From: Eledone cirrhosa | Lineage: Eukaryota | Direction: 5' to 3' | Length of the DNA stretch: 64,000 nt | NCBI GenBank assembly: GCA_964016885.1 | Contig: OZ024745.1 | Coordinates: forward strand, 13,764,001-13,828,000 | In this document: positions 63,520 through 64,000 of the stretch, in pieces | Numbering within the stretch: position 1 is the first letter of the stretch | Layout of the letters: the number at the start of each line of letters is the position of its first letter | Position numbers and translations under genes: made by a program | Notes under the pieces: model-generated | The model's database searches: none | What the model saw: the letters and a program-made list of their open reading frames with translations, nothing else | Told to the model about the DNA's origin: nothing

Positions 63520-64000
63520 CACCTACAACAAGGTAACTTTGGTACTCATTACTGTCAGAAACTCCTGCCTCACCTCCTCTACACATGTTATTGTGTATCT
63601 GGCACCACCTACACCGAGGTAACTTTGGTACTCATTACTGTCACAAACTCCTGCCTCACCTCCCCCACATGTTATTGTGTATCTGGCACTACCTACACTA
63701 AGGTAACTTTGGTACTCATTGCTGTCAGAAACTCCTGCCTCACCTCCTCTACACATGTTATTGTGTATCTGGCACCACCTACACCAAGGTAACTTTGGTA
63801 CTCATTACTGTCAGAAACTCCTGCCTCACCTCCTCTACACATGTTATTGTGTATCTGGCACCACCTACACCAAGGTAACTTTGGTACTCATTACTGTCAG
63901 AAACTCCTGCCTCACCTCCTCTACTCATGTTATTGTGTATCTGGCACCACCTACACCAAGGTAACTTTGGTACTCATTACTGTTAGAAACTCCTGTCTCA
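63520..64000. repeat. Minisatellite, 86-bp unit, at least 5.5 copies, runs off the right edge
   Basis: ggtaactttggtactc starts at 63532, 63618, 63702, 63788, 63874 and 63960. Confidence 0.95.

Overview
AT-rich, microsatellite-rich animal genomic DNA with GT-AG introns. The repeat landscape suggests a mollusc, probably an octopus or other coleoid (inference only). Four intact spliced genes can be assembled by hand, arranged as two convergent pairs: ECSIT (+, 4008-14176, 423 aa), PLD6/Zucchini (-, 24210-20188, 239 aa), DYNLT1/Tctex-1 (+, 33085-46898, 113 aa) and CCDC174 (-, 59693-47195, 567 aa). The rest is mostly retroelement debris: two tRNA-type SINE families, several RTE-type LINE fragments, a CR1-type fragment, a Penelope-like GIY-YIG fragment and a decayed CRE-type restriction-like-endonuclease element. 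There are also four minisatellites. Two patterns stand out. (1) Two separate minisatellites (67-bp unit at 1-570; 26-bp unit, about 3.6 kb, at 39093-42672) derive from coding sequence of the same CRE-type retrotransposon family. (2) Several fold-back elements flanked by (TA)n carry type I hammerhead-ribozyme motifs resembling Penelope pseudo-LTRs, one of them in sense orientation in CCDC174 intron 1. Repeat boundaries are approximate and family names come from remembered motifs, not database searches.
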